From the NCBI GenBank assembly GCA_002269645.1, contig NIVC01004722.1:1-37035 (forward strand): 37,035 nucleotides of DNA. Reading direction: 5' to 3'. A program made the translations under genes and the position numbers. The notes beneath the pieces are model-generated. The model was not told the DNA's origin. It saw only the letters and a list, made by a program, of their open reading frames with translations, and ran no database searches. Position 1 is the first letter of the stretch, and each line of letters begins with the position of its first letter. Positions 1-13,328 of this stretch are shown piece by piece. The DNA is from Macrostomum lignano (Eukaryota).

Positions 1-184
1 AGGTCGCTCACTTCTTTGCCAGCTGTGTACAGTAGAATTTGTCGCTTCTGGGCTTCGTCGGTAATGCCCGTTGCCGCCAGGTATCGCTGCAGGTTGGCGG
101 ACCAGTCCTGCCAGCGCTTGCTCACAGAGTGAGGGTCGTCTCTGAGACTGAATGTTCCTGGGGCGGCAATTGTAGAAAGGCCAT
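1..184 (-). mobile_element. Ty3/gypsy-type LTR retrotransposon gag N-terminus (runs off the left edge; one apparent 1-nt deletion in the G-run at 160-163)
   Basis: ATG at 184-182 directly after the PBS. Restoring one base gives MAFLQLPPPGTFSLRDDPHSVSKRWQDWSANLQRYLAATGITDEAQKRQILLYTAGKEVSD, the W..W...YL.A.GI...QK...LL..AG pattern typical of gypsy Gag N-termini. Confidence 0.75.
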
Positions 185-186
185 GG

Positions 187-204
187 TCCGGCCTTGCGAC
201 GCCA
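187..204 (-). promoter_or_regulatory. Primer binding site (PBS) of the gypsy element
   Basis: Minus strand TGGCGTCGCAAGGCCGGA starts 1 nt after the LTR end; TGG is complementary to tRNA 3' CCA. The priming tRNA is not identified. Confidence 0.7.
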
Positions 205-205
205 A

Positions 206-462
206 TGTAATGACTCAGAAGTCAGTCTCAATTTTGCAGTGCGAAAACGCTTGGCCCTCCAAGTAGGGCGAGAGCGCCGATATATATTTTTGGGCCTTTA
301 GGTCTCGACCAATCACGTGCGGCCGCGTAGGCATAACAGGCATAAAAAAGGGGGAGGAAAGCCGGGGTACAATGTACACAAACTAAGTACAGTGCGTAAG
401 CACCCACACTGCTAGGCACCCCGTTTAGCAAAAACAAGCGAGTGCAGGGCTGCGGCATGACA
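206..462 (-). mobile_element. 5' LTR (257 bp) of the gypsy element
   Basis: Minus strand starts TGTCATG and ends CATTACA (imperfect terminal inverted repeat, TG...CA). Followed by PBS and gag; internal TATA-like ATATATA. Confidence 0.75.
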
Positions 463-985
463 AAAGACAGGGGCGCTCACCAAGAGACAGAGGCGCCCAC
501 CTAAGAGACAGGGGTGCTCACCTAAGAGACAGGGGCGCCCACTAAAAGACAGGGGCGCTCACCTAAGGGACAGGGGCGCCCACCTAAGAGACAGGGGCGC
601 TCACCTAAGAGACAGGGGTGCCCACCAAGAGACAGGGGTGCTCACCTAAGAGACAGGGGTGCCCACCAAGAGACAGGGGCGCTCACTAAAAGACAGGGGC
701 GCTCACCTAAGGGACAGGGGCGCCACCAAGAGACAGGGGCGCTCACCTAAGAGACAGGGGTGCCCACCAAGAGACAGGGGCGCCCACTAAAAGACAGGGG
801 CGCTCACCTAAGAGACAGGGGTGCCCACCAAGAGACAGGGGCGCTCAACTAAGAGACAGGGGTGCCCACCAAGAGACAGGGGCGCTCATCTAAGAGACAG
901 GGGTGCCACCAAGAGACAGGGGCGCTCATCTAAGAGACAGGGCGCTCACCAAGAGACAGGGCGCTCACCTAAGAGACAGGGGCGC
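463..985 (+). repeat. 20-21 nt minisatellite (AAGAGACAGGGG(C/T)GC(T/C)CACC(T)), about 25 units
   Basis: Direct inspection of tandem units. Confidence 0.95.
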
Positions 986-1360
986 CTATTTAAAAGCAGG
1001 CTATACATGTAAATGCTAAAAAATATGAACTTTATCTGACCTGTAAAGTACATTTGATTCAGGCAGTTACTGTAAGTGCAAAAGAGAAAAGCTTAAAGAC
1101 AAGGAGCCTTCTCAGCTAGTACATGTTTCTTGCGAACTCAGAATGATTTATGAGTGTTTTTTAACAAGGACTACTCAAGTAACATATATATAAAACGCTA
1201 ACACTCGAAATCTATGGTAAATGTTTTGAAGGCAACTTGTCGCCAAAAATACACTACAGAGATAGGAGGTTTTCATTTTTCCAGCACAAAAATTGTTATT
1301 GCATTTGATAGGAGGCAGATCAGTGTTCATCTTTGATATGTTGTAAACAACTTTCCCCAC

Positions 1361-1580
1361 AAAGACAGGGGCGCTCACCAAGAGACAGGGGCGCCTATTT
1401 AAAAGCAGGCTATACATGTAAATGCTAAAAAATATGAACTTTATCTGACCTGTAAAGTACATTTGATTCAGACAGTTGCTGTAAGTGCAGTTGCACTTAT
1501 TTCTCAAAGAGAAAAGTTTGAAGACACTTTTTGCCTCACATGCTGCAAACTCAAAATGATTTATGAGTGTTTTTTTTAAT
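1361..1580 (+). repeat. Second copy of a local duplication (first copy 463-1165) carrying only about 2 minisatellite units
   Basis: AAAGACAGGGGCGCTCACCAAGAGACAGGGGCGCCTATTTAAAAGCAGGCTATACATG...GTAAGTGCA is repeated nearly identically; similarity decays up to ATGATTTATGAGTGTTTTTT. Confidence 0.85.
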
Positions 1581-3580
1581 CAGTGGAGCGATTTGAAGAG
1601 AACTACATGTCAGACAATGCTGGGTGTCACAACAACTTCCGATTCAAACAAAGTTAGCTTATTTTCAACTGGCCGTATTTGATGATTCTTTGACTTTTAC
1701 ATTCTCGATAACAATCGTTTCTTCGATATACTCGTATTTTTGCTTTTTCTTGAGGGCCAACCCCAGGGCACATGCTCATTAGGGCAGGTGTAATCAATTA
1801 TTATTATTATTCTTTGTTATTATGATTATTAAGCAACTTACTACCTATCAAATGCTACTGCGAAGTCATAAAGGCGACTTTTTAACGTGTATCAAAAGTT
1901 GTTTAAATGATGAGACACAGAAAGAGGGCAAAATCTTCAGCGAACGTTCCAGGATAATTTCAGGAATTAGACATTTATTTCTCCGGAGGATAGGCCCGGG
2001 GTAGAGAATTATATTTCGTAAAACTTTCTCAGCAGCAACGCTGCAGTCTTCTCATAATGTATCCGATCGCTTGAGTTGATCGGGTCCAGTTCTGTTGATC
2101 TATAAGCCAGAGGATGGAAAGTAGCTAGATAGAAGCAAGAAATAAGGAATTACTTATTCAAGACAACCGAATTGCTTCGGGGAGGAAGATCGGAGAATTG
2201 GGATATGAGGCTATAGGATGGAGAGCAAAGCGGAAAGGGGCCACAAGGAGGCTGTATGAGTCGTCGGAATGGGAAGCTGGGAGGATCGAGAAAAAGTGAT
2301 GGGCCTCGGGGGATTCATTCGGAGAGAAGGGAAGTTTGCATTGGCATCGCGTCTGGCTGTGCAAGCTGTGACCGGGAGACTAAGGAGAGATGATGGACGA
2401 AGGAGGGTGGGGAGGGATTCTGGATAAAAGGGCGCACCACAGGGAGAGAGGATGAAAGGGGCTAGCTATAGGCAATCTCAAAACTGCCCGCGCCACATTT
2501 CCATTTTCTTTGAACTGACCAAAGTCTTGAGAGCTTGCTGTGTGGATAGCACAGCGAGCAGCAGAAGATATGATAAGAGTTAAGACTCTGCAGGCACCCT
2601 CAGTTCGAATTCGAACACCTACCTATAGCTAAGCCGTGTACAGTGCCTATAGCTCGTGACTCTGCCAGTCGAAGATAAGGGGAAGAAAAATACAAGACTC
2701 GGCTGATATTCCTTCAGAGGAGGAGTTGGGGGTCGTATTTTATTTTGCTTTTCTCGCGTGCCTCCAAGTGCTAGCTATATTAGTGTCCTCTCTTTCTGCT
2801 GTGCCTGCCGACTTATAAAGTCCTGCGAAACTGAAGACCCACGGCTGAACACCTCACCTCACCTACGCAAGCCCGTCTCCTCTGCTCGCACACCCTCCTG
2901 ACTGCCGCGATACTCTCTGCCCAGCTTCTCTCTCTCCATCATCATTGCTCCCCCTTCTCTATTTTCCCTCTCTCCCATTTGCCTCCCTCGCGGCCTCTCT
3001 ACCCCTTATCCATCGATCAGGCGTGGGCGAAAAAAGGATTCCAAGAGAAGAGAAGATAGAGAGAGATTTGAGCTCAGCCTCTGAGCAGTCAAAGCTTTGC
3101 TTTTGAGACGCCCGGCAACCCGAGGAGGAAATAGGAAAAATAGGGGCGGGATAGACAAGGGAGAAGGGCAAGGGCGTTGCCCCTGACAACCGAACAGCGG
3201 CTGAGAATCGATCATTCTATCCTTTGCCCCTCTCTCTTCGCCCGCTTCCTTCCCTAACCCTTCTCTCCTCCCCACCCCCACCACCGAGGAAGAGGAGAGG
3301 GAGAGCGCGAGGCGCACTCTAGTCGGAAGACGAGGCGAAGGGACGGAGGAGGAGGAGAGAGACAGAAGCCGATCCCCTATTTGAGCCGAGTCGTGAGGTT
3401 TTTCACAGCCTCCTCTCCCTTCCTCGCGCTCGTCACCGCCGCTCGACTCCAGATCGTATTCGATAACCGGAAGCGTCCGGATTTTTCGCTCGATAACTTC
3501 GACAACCTTTCAGTGAGTTCGCGCAGTCAAGCTAGCTGAATAAATAATGGCGCGAAAGTGTTGGAATTCCGACTGACGAT

Positions 3581-4838
3581 ATGGTCAAGGCTGCGGCCAA
3601 CGTTGGCAAAGCAGCTGCCACGGTGGCAGCAGCGGCGGCGGCCTGTCCAACACCACCGACCGATCGGTCGCCATGGGCACAACCAAGAGCTCCGGCGAGA
3701 AGGCAATTAACAAGATTGACAATGCGCTGAACGTACTATCCGAGAAAGCGCATATGGGTAAGCCGGCCATTGTTACTATCATTATCGGAGTATTGCTGGT
3801 GTTCCTGCTCATCATGTACTGCATCTGCAAGCGCTGCATCTGTCGCCGAAAGAAGGGCGGCAAAGACGGCAAGAAAGGCAAAGGTGCCGTGGACATGAAG
3901 AGCGTTCAACTGCTCGGCAATGAGTACAAGGAGAAGGTGCAGCCGGACATGGAGGAGCTGGTCGAGACGATGGAGGACAACGAAGGCAACCAAGAGAAGG
4001 AAGTCGAAAAGCTGGGCAAGCTGCAGTACTCGCTTGACTACGACTTCCAAAAGGGCGAGCTGTCCGTAGGCGTGATTCAGGCCTCGGACTTGCCCGCCAT
4101 GGACATGGGCGGCACCTCGGACCCATACGTGAAGGTCTATATCATGCCAGAGAAAAAGAAGAAGTTCGAGACCAAGTGCATCGGAAGACTCTCAACCCGG
4201 TGTTCAACGAGACCTTCATCTTTAAGGTGCCGTACGCCGACGTGCCCTCGAAGACTCTTGTATTCGCCGTCTACGATTTCGATCGCTTCTCGAAGCACGA
4301 CCAAATTGGTCTGATTAAACTGCCGCTTGGCGCCATCGACCTGGCCCGCCTGATCGAGGAGTGGAAGGACATCGACCCACCTGAGAGCGAGGACGACAAG
4401 AGCAATCGTCTCGGCGACATCTGCTTCTCACTGCGCTACGTACCCACCGCCGGAAAGCTGACTATCGTGATTCTGGAGGCCAAGAACCTCAAGAAGATGG
4501 ACGTCGGCGGCCTCTCGGATCCGTATGTGAAACTGTCGCTGATGCTCAACGGCAAGAGGATCAAGAAGAAGAAGACCACCATTAAGAAGTGCACCCTGAA
4601 CCCGTACTACAACGAGTCGTTCTCTTTCGAGGTGCCGTTCGAACAAATCCAGAAGGTGTCCCTGATTGTCACGGTAGTTGACTACGACCGCATCGGCACC
4701 AGCGAGCCCATCGGGCGCATCGTGCTGGGCTGCACAGCCACCGGCGCCGAGCTACGCCACTGGTCCGACATGCTGGCCAACCCGAGGCGCCCCATTGCCC
4801 AGTGGCACACGCTGCAGGAGATGCCCGAGAAGTCCTAA
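3581..4838 (+). CDS. syt1: Synaptotagmin-1 ortholog, intronless CDS, with apparent 1-nt deletions at ~3643 and ~4177
   Basis: TM helix followed by CICKRCIC and a Lys-rich linker; C2A ([20 protein letters not shown]); C2B ([32 protein letters not shown]); C-terminal WHTL. ORFs 3673-4314 and 4176-4838 join as [11 protein letters not shown] if one G is restored at 4176/7. The start is either ATG 3673 or, with one C restored near 3643, ATG 3581 (luminal NTT sequon). Confidence 0.93.
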
Positions 4839-7114
4839 ACTCGGCGAATTTAGATAGGTAACTGCTGCAGACTCTGCTGGGTAAGGGAGCCGATCGATCT
4901 CTGTCAGGCGTGATTGAGAGTTACGACCAGCACGACCGCAAAATATAGCTCGCGTTTTTTACAAGCTGTTAACGACTGATCCAGTGAGGTGGTTGGATAA
5001 ATCTTATTTTTTGTCGTTCAAGTTTTCGCCTATTTTTTCTGAAATTGATACGGGGATTAGCGCATGTTTAAAACCTAGCGCAAGCGGGACGAACCTTATG
5101 GAAATCGGATTGTTGCTAAAATAGCTTATAGTTGGGCCTTTATCTGTTCAAAATACCCGTTGATGCACAAGAAAAATCACGGCCGGAGATTTTCATACCG
5201 TTATATTTCAACCACCCTATATAGTAATACGAGCATATATATACGCCCAACACAATTTTCACGATCGATTCTTAAAAAGTTCATTCTCGTGTTTTTGTGT
5301 GGTCAGTAGAAACTTTCATGTGCGTGTTTTATTTTCAATGTTTTTACATTCATTCGATTCGCATTATATCAGAAACTCGTTTTTAGCATAATCGTCAGAA
5401 GCAACATATATATATTATTTCTATATTTAGCTTAATGGTTTACACAGTCCCATGTCGATCCCGTACTGCCATCAACGCTTATATTTATATTTTGTGCGCT
5501 CCTGCTTTGTTGTGATTTTGATTTAGATAACTGTGTACTGTGCCGATATTGACAATATTCTTGACGCACTATATAGTTCACGAGAGGCTGCTGACTCTCT
5601 GCAATAATTTGATACAGTCTGCATTAGCTAGAACAAACTGCAGCAGTTTGAAACTTGAATATTCTCAGTTGTAGTCAGCAGACTCTGAACTGTGCGCTTT
5701 AAGTCTACCGTAATGTTCGCTTACAAACAATGAGGCTTTTCCAAGCTAATAAAATGCGTATTTATGCACGTTTATCATTGATTTGTATAACCTACTTTAT
5801 TAATTACCGTGTTTTAAACGAAACAGTGATTGTCAGTTTTTGTATTTGTTTTATTATTATTTGTGAATTTTGTGATTTTATGGACGTATAATTGTACACT
5901 CTGCGCTTTATCTATTTTGTGCGCGTATTTTTGTCCAAATGCTTGATTTCCACACCCTATTTCTGTAATACGCTAACTTTGAGTAGCTTTTCTGACTAGG
6001 CGTTCCCCCAGTGTGTCACTGATAAACCGATCAGATATGGCAAAAAAGGTTTTTTAATGGCTATATTTAGTTCAGTTTTTGTCAGTATATGTCGTTTATT
6101 CTTTATATTCTAAACCGGATTACTGGATTTGAGAAATCTAATAGCAGTAAATCAACTCAGTCAAATAACAGTGAGAATATCGATCAACAAAGTCCATAAA
6201 ATTATAACAGATATAACAAATCCTGGCACTAAATCAAAATCGTACGCAGCTGTATTTCAGTACAAATTGCGGTAATCCGAATTTTCATTTTTTGCAAGTT
6301 AGTTCCCGTTTTTACAAGCGCAGGCATACGTGTTCCAAAGCATATTTATTGTATTAGTTACACGTGTGCTACATAAATTATTTATTAAATGTTGCTATCC
6401 CGTAGGTTTCAGAGCCTCGCAGTTAAACCTTACAATTTACAAACGCAGATTTAACCCCTCTGACGATAAATTGCTGTGCCGTGAATTTTTTGGTCCGCTT
6501 TCTTGCGCTCGTTTATCTCACGTTTTTTAGTAAGCAGTCTTATTCATTTTGTGTGCAGGCTTTGAGAAAAAACCACTAAGCAATATTTTTTCTGTATTTT
6601 CGATGTTTCCGTTGTCGAAGGTAAGAATCGTTATAAGCAGACGAAATTTATTAGACTTCAGCTGATAAAATTTCACCAAGCTTTTCGTATGTTAAAGACA
6701 CCACTGGATAAAATCAGTAGATTGAATTTGTAGGTTTCCCTGTTTATTTGTGCGACGTTTTCAGCGTGTTTTAAATATATAAATATATGATATATTTAAA
6801 CATCATCTATGTTTATATGTGTACAAAAAGACACGAAAAGCACAAACGTTTATCTGAATTTGTTTGTTTTCATCTGTAGAATCGTACAAAAAACAGGCAG
6901 CAGTATTTTACTATGCCTCGTTATACATGCATGCACACTCCTGGGCTAAATCAGTCTATAAACTATATAGAAGTCAAACGGGTGTTAAATGAATCGGCAT
7001 GGGCAAATGTAAAGTCAACTTTAGTCAAGCGAAAGAAGGCTAGAAAGAAGAATCCACGTCGGACAAGTGAGAGGAGCTGTGGTCTGTGTGGATAGACAAT
7101 TCGTTGAGGATTAT

Positions 7115-8453
7115 TGTCAGTCACGCAGGGCAAACACGGACTGCTCTGTACTATACAGGTGAGGAGAGAGAGATGAGATGGATAGACAGACGAACGCTCC
7201 AGGATGATGAGCTAGAAGCCTAGTGCTGTGGTGGCTAAGATGGAAAAGAAAATGACGATTTTGATTAGGAAGAAAAAGAGGAGAGAAGGTAGCCCGAGTT
7301 TAGCACGGCTTGTTAGCCACGTGTGCGCAGTGTGGAGCAGGGAAGTGAAATGGATAGTCAAACTTACTGAACAAATTTGCATCCGTCTATCGGAAACGCC
7401 TCCCTTTTCGTCCGACTGTCTGTCTGCCCTGTCTGTCTCTGCGCCTCTACCCCCCAGAATGCTGCTCCCTCGGCCTAGACGAATGCTGGGACTATCGATC
7501 TTGACTGTGGACTGAGTGGATGCGGGGTGTTGCGGGTTTGCCGGTTCACCCCTGGCTTGAATAGGATGGTGGATGCAGAGAGCGCGCCTAAGTGCGTCTC
7601 AGATTCGGACAAGCTGAGAGTAAGAGAAGGAGGGGCAGCGGAATCGGAAGAATTTCTGAGCCGAATTCTCTTCCTATGTGCCAAGCTCGCTTTCCAATAG
7701 ACTCTCGCAGGTTTGACCAAATCGTAAATTGGATTTTCAGCCAGCTCGTGCTATAGGAATTGAGTCGGTATGGATTCCGTGTATATTACTGCTCGGCTCT
7801 AGTAAGGAAACTTGAGCCAACGACTTGAAGAAATCTACTAGCCCTGACAGACGAGTGGGCTCAATCATTTTCTAGTTAAGAGTATGAGAAATTTAAGAAT
7901 TAAAGCTATAGTAGGAAAGATGCTTGAGAAGCTGTCCGAATGAGGAATCTAGAGGGACGTGCTTTTGACGAGGAAAAGCGAGTAACTACACTTGGAACTT
8001 CTACTTACCGAAAGCAGCAATGGCAATGTATAATTACCTTCGTTTACAGCACGATTTTGCATGCAAGTGTAGAATCTGTAGATAGACGCAAATACGAACT
8101 AAGGGTCGCGGTGTGGGGTGGGCGCCTTTATTAGTCATTTCTCAAGTTCATCTGCACTTGTCTGTGTCTTCTCTGTTTACTCTCCAGCTCCGTCCAGTTC
8201 AGTCTTGTTATTCTTATCTCTCTCCCTCGCTGCCTTCTGATTGGCTCTTCATCTCGCCTCTTCTCAGTCGCGCGCTTCACCCCTTCGTCTCTGTTTCTCT
8301 CCCCCTCTGTCCAATTCAGTCTTGTTATTCTTATCTCTCTCCCTCGCTGCCTTCTGATTGGCTCTTCCATCTCGCCTCTTTCCTTAGTCGCGCACTGCAC
8401 CCCTCCTTTTCTTATCTGTACTCAGCCCCGCCAACCCCCTTAGGTTAATGACA
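7115..8453. mobile_element. Possible solo-LTR-like or other non-autonomous insertion with purine/pyrimidine-banded sequence
   Basis: Begins TGTCA and ends TGACA; composition differs from the AT-rich flanks; contains a 117-bp tandem duplication. No matching TSD seen. Confidence 0.3.
8192..8402 (+). repeat. Two-copy tandem duplication, period about 117 bp
   Basis: GTCCA(G/A)TTCAGTCTTGTTATTCTTATCTCTCTCCCTCGCTGCCTTCTGATTGGCTCTTC... starts at 8192 and again at ~8309. Confidence 0.9.
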
Positions 8454-8986
8454 CATTGTGAATATATCCGTTAGTTTATCTTATTTTCCTTAAGAAAAAT
8501 TTCCTTATTCTCTTTACATATAGAAATGAAAAGTGCAAACATCTCATTTTACACTTTCAGAATGCCAAATATGAATATTTGTTTTGTAAAAATGCATCCT
8601 GAAAGTTTCAACTTCCAGTAAATCATTTCCAAGAAATAATTTTCAAATTCAAGTCGATAACCAGTGGCCCACTGCATGCCAAAAACTTTATATTTTTTCA
8701 ATTAAAAGTAACAGCTGCTTTGATATAGGCAGTTTTTTCTATTCGCAGTATTTTGAAAGCAGCGGAAATAAATTTCTTTGCTTCAAAATATTTTTTAATT
8801 AGCAGTCTGTAGGCTTCGCTGTACTTTTTAAATCAAGTAACATCTGAATCTATAGGTTGCTACTTATACTGTTTTTAAGACGGAGGAAAATATTATTTAA
8901 CACAAGCGGATTCTATAGATTGATAAGCTAATTCTCGAACCGAAATCAACAAAAATCCTATAGAAGATAAGCAAATCTTTAATCTT

Positions 8987-11900
8987 TTACTCTTCTTTAG
9001 CCTCCGACTCAGCTGCCGGCTTGTCCCCTACTTCAGCTTCCATCGCTGGCTCTCCATCAGCCGCAGCCTCCTCCTCTGCTTCATCATCAGTGTCAGCATA
9101 CCTGATTCTTCGGCCCTCGGCTCGCCAAAATCAGCCGGAAGTCGAAGGCGCATCCGCAATGTGGCAATCGACATCGACGGCAAGGCCGCAGTTGCCGACC
9201 AGGAGTTGCCCCAGATCGACTGCTTACCGCGGCAGCCCGACAGCCGGACCAGACCTTGGACGGCCTCCCGACAATCGTCGGCCTCGTCCAGGCGGCGGCA
9301 CTCGATGCGCCAATAGTCGGCGCCGTCGATGGTGTCAGCCGTCCGAGCAGGAGCCTGGAGGCCCGCTACGAATCTGTAGTGGGATCGGCAGTTGGCGGTG
9401 TTGCAGCTGTTCAGAATAAGCAACGTCTTTGGCGATCGAGATATCGTCCCAGGCAACACATGCAATTCTGCTCATTCCGCTGACTACTGAGCACATACTC
9501 GACTCACACACACGCTCACACAAGGTGTACAGTGGCCCTGACATTCTAAACGTCAGGCATGTACACTCTCTGGCCCTAGAGGTTGGCCCTCATGGCTGTA
9601 AATCGCACGACAACCAACCCTCTGACCAATTTTCGTGCACAAGTCCCAATTGAATGTGGAGACGCCACGGAATCGAACCACACGAGAGGTCGTGTGGAGC
9701 GAGAGTCGAATAAGATTCAGTAAAAAACTAATAAAACGGGACCGATCCAAAGACAGACTGGTTTTAGAGGCTTGGAAGGGAGCGAGGAAGGCCGAGGATA
9801 GCCACCCTACATGACTGGGTTGTTTTGTCGCTCTTCGAACTACATACCTGCTGTGTACAGTCTAAGTACCTATACTGTGTGCCCTCTAACTTGAAGTTCA
9901 ATAGAAGTTGAAGTGAACTGGATTGTACTGTTATGCTGTACGTGACTTCTGGGGGCATGATGGTTCAACGCTCTTTTAAGCACTTAAAGATTCTTACACT
10001 GATATTTGCTGGGGTAACTCTGTCAAGCATATCTAGCTCTTCAGCCACTACTCCACGACAGCAAAAAGACACCAACTATTGAATACAAAGAAAGCAAAGA
10101 AAACAACCGACCTGGCCTTCCGTCGAACCATGACTCGTTCAAGTCCGGGCCTGGCCGAGTAGCCGAATTCGCCCAGACTCAGTCCCGGCACGAGCAACAC
10201 GCCGGCGAACCGTCCAGCGCAGCTGTCGTTGCTCACTGCGCCGCCGCCATTGTCGCTACTGGTTGCCAGCAACGGCACCGACACCAGTTGGCCCGACGAC
10301 AGAATCTGCGCTAGTCTCGCCTGGGCAGCCGCCACCTCCGCTAGCCGTTCCGGCGATCGAAACGCCTCCTCGTTGATGCAGCCTTTGGCTAGGCGCAGTG
10401 CCCGATCCTTTAGCGCGGCTCCTTCCGTCATCAGTTCGCCCTCGGCGTCGACACCATCTACAACTTTGTGCCAACCGTCGGCCAAAACGCGAAGCTGCGG
10501 CTGGCGCTCATCCAAATAGTCGAGCACCTGTTTAAATATTCATCTAGATCTGTTCAAACTAAACCACAGGAGCAAGACACTATATTGGCAGGCAACGTTG
10601 CAGTGATTTCGCAATGTGATGCAAACTAACCTGCCAAGCGGCCAGCTCCTGATCCAGCTCGGAGGTGGCCACCGCCCGCAGCAGCTTGTCGAAGTCCTCG
10701 CTGACCGCCAGCCGATAGTCGGTGCAGCAGAATTGCCGGAAACGGGCAATGGCCAGGGCCGGACGAAGACTGGCCGGCGGTCGACGACGAGCAAGGGCCC
10801 ACACCTGCGGATGTCGGTGGCAGCTTATGAAGAGATTCTTAAGAAACAGAGTGGTTCTCATGAAATGGAGAGATTCTCATGAAACGGAGAGATTCTCATG
10901 AAACAGAGAGATTCTCATGAAACGGAGAGATTCTCATGAAACTGTGAGATTCTCATGAAACTATGAGATTCTCATGAAACGGAGAGATTCTCATGAAACG
11001 GTGAGATTCTCATGAAACTGAGAGATTCTCACGAAACGGAGAGATTCTCATGAAACGGTGAGATTCTCACGAAACAAAGAGATTCTCACGAAACGGAGGG
11101 ATTCTCATGAAACGGTGAGATTCTCATGAAACTGAGAGATTCTCACGAAACGGAGAGATTCTCATGAAACGGTGAGATTCTCACGAAACAAAGAGATTCT
11201 CACGAAACGGAGGATTCTCATGAAACGGTGAGATTCTCATGAAACTGAGAGATTCTCACGAAACGGAGAGATTCTCATGAAACGGAGAGATTCTCACGAC
11301 ACGGAGGATTCTCATGGAACGGCGAGTTAGTTCCTAGGCAAGTATAAAGGTCTCGAACACGAAATTTGGTGGAAATGCATCAACGAGCCGAAATGTTTTT
11401 TTTAATATTGCTGCAATTACTGTGTCGTATTGCAAAGGGAATTCTGTGCATTCATATTATTTTGATTTGGACGTCTAAAAAAGAAAAAATCAAACAAAAT
11501 CCAGAAAATATTTATCCAAACTGCCACCCCAAGAATACTTTCAGCGCAAACAATTTCAATGTGGGTTCCGATCTCTGTAGAAAAAACATCAAATAAAAAA
11601 TATGCCATCCTCATGCAGCAAATAATTTGAAACAATTCGAGTCAAGACAAGTAACTAACTAACTAACTAACTAAATAACTAAAAAGCTGACCCATACTCC
11701 GCACCTGCGCAGCGGGCAACTCTCCATCCTGATGGTGCAGAGCCACATGCGGCAGCCCCACCAGTCCCATGTCCCGGGCCCGTCGGCAACTCCCGAAGAC
11801 GTGCACCACAACTCCTCGATTGGCCAGACGCCTCAGGAAGCCGGCCTCTGCCAGGCTGTCGGGAGCGCAGTCCAGGTACACCAGCACCAGGCGACAGGCT

Positions 11901-12289
11901 GTCGTTTCACCCGAGGCTGCAGCTGCTTCAGAAGACGCCGAAGCGGCCTCCTGGTGCGCCAGGGTGTCCCGCACGGCTTCCTGCAACTCGGCAAGGCTCA
12001 ATTCCGAGCCGTCGTGGGCCACCGCGTGCCAGTCGATGCCGCCAGCCGGTACTCCGCATCCGTTGACGTCGACCTCTTCGGCCTCTTCATCTTCATAGTC
12101 ATCCTCGTCGGCATTATCTCCGGCGGCTGTGCTGGAGGCGGAACAGCAGCTAACGGCGCCGCTCAGCCGAGTGGCGTGCCAGCTGAGCACAGACACGAGA
12201 GCCTGGTATGGCACCTTGCCTGATCGGCGATCGCACGGCACCACCAGAATATGATGCTGAGCCATTTCAGACTCGTCCTGCGACTGCAT
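8987..12289 (-). CDS. Four-exon gene of unknown function (exons 12289-11705, 10804-10631, 10527-10112, 9595-8987; last exon needs frameshift corrections; acidic C-terminus)
   Basis: Phase-consistent GT-AG introns (0,0,2): LPAAQ|VWALARR...AAWQ|VLDYLDE...KAR|. Exon 1 has a beta-alpha pattern (HHILVVPCD, LVLVYLDC, VVVHVFG). Terminal ADTDDEAEEEAAADGEPAMEAEVGDKPAAESEAKEE*. No family recognised. Confidence 0.55.
10852..11330 (+). repeat. 19-21 nt intronic minisatellite (GAGATTCTCA(T/C)GAAAC(GGA/GGT/TGA))
   Basis: Direct inspection; lies in intron 1 of the unknown gene. Confidence 0.95.
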
Positions 12290-12852
12290 GCCTGGTAGTT
12301 TTGTGCTACAAGTAGGCGAAGCTAAATAATGAATCCCTATGTAAGAATACTTTTTCGGTAGTCAAGGCAAAATTGGTGAGGGGCCTTCGTTTCTTTTAAA
12401 ACAGAGAGTGATATAGTGGCAGTAGCTGACCCACCCTATTCTCAGTCTTAGTGCTGTCTCTTAGTCTGCATTGCCTGCTCCGTTTGAAATGAATTTACGA
12501 GTATGGCTACAGACAGGCAGAAAACATTTGAGACTGAGCAGTGCTCACTTGCTGGGTCACCTGCTATCGCCTCTCCCGCGAGCAACTGTTCACACGAATC
12601 TCGTCCACTCGTCCGTTGCAAAGTTTTTTTTATTCTTCTGTGTGAGTGAAATACAAGCTTCACCTTCAATTCTCGCTCCTAAAGCTGTTGTTAGTTCTGG
12701 CTTCTTAGAGAGACAGACAGAGAAAAATAGACACGCAGGGAGCGATGCAAGTACACCATCACTGTCTAATTTAACTGAATTTGGATGATGGAAATACGCA
12801 GTTGGTCTACGCTGTTCTATGGAGGTTTTTGTTTTGTTTTCAACCTGTACAA

Positions 12853-13328
<476 letters not shown>

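Noticed and set aside
1797-2060. Possible decayed L2/CR1 LINE 3' end on the minus strand with a (TAA)n tail
   Set aside because: Only a faint WN...SFK..L-like pattern split across frames; not enough to support a call.
3585-4646. Antisense ORFs over syt1, and similar ones over USP7 and the unknown gene
   Set aside because: Shadows of GC-rich coding sequence with no recognisable motifs.
9660-9720. Minus-strand B box GGTTCGATTCC suggesting a tRNA
   Set aside because: No A box or cloverleaf could be built; at most a SINE remnant.
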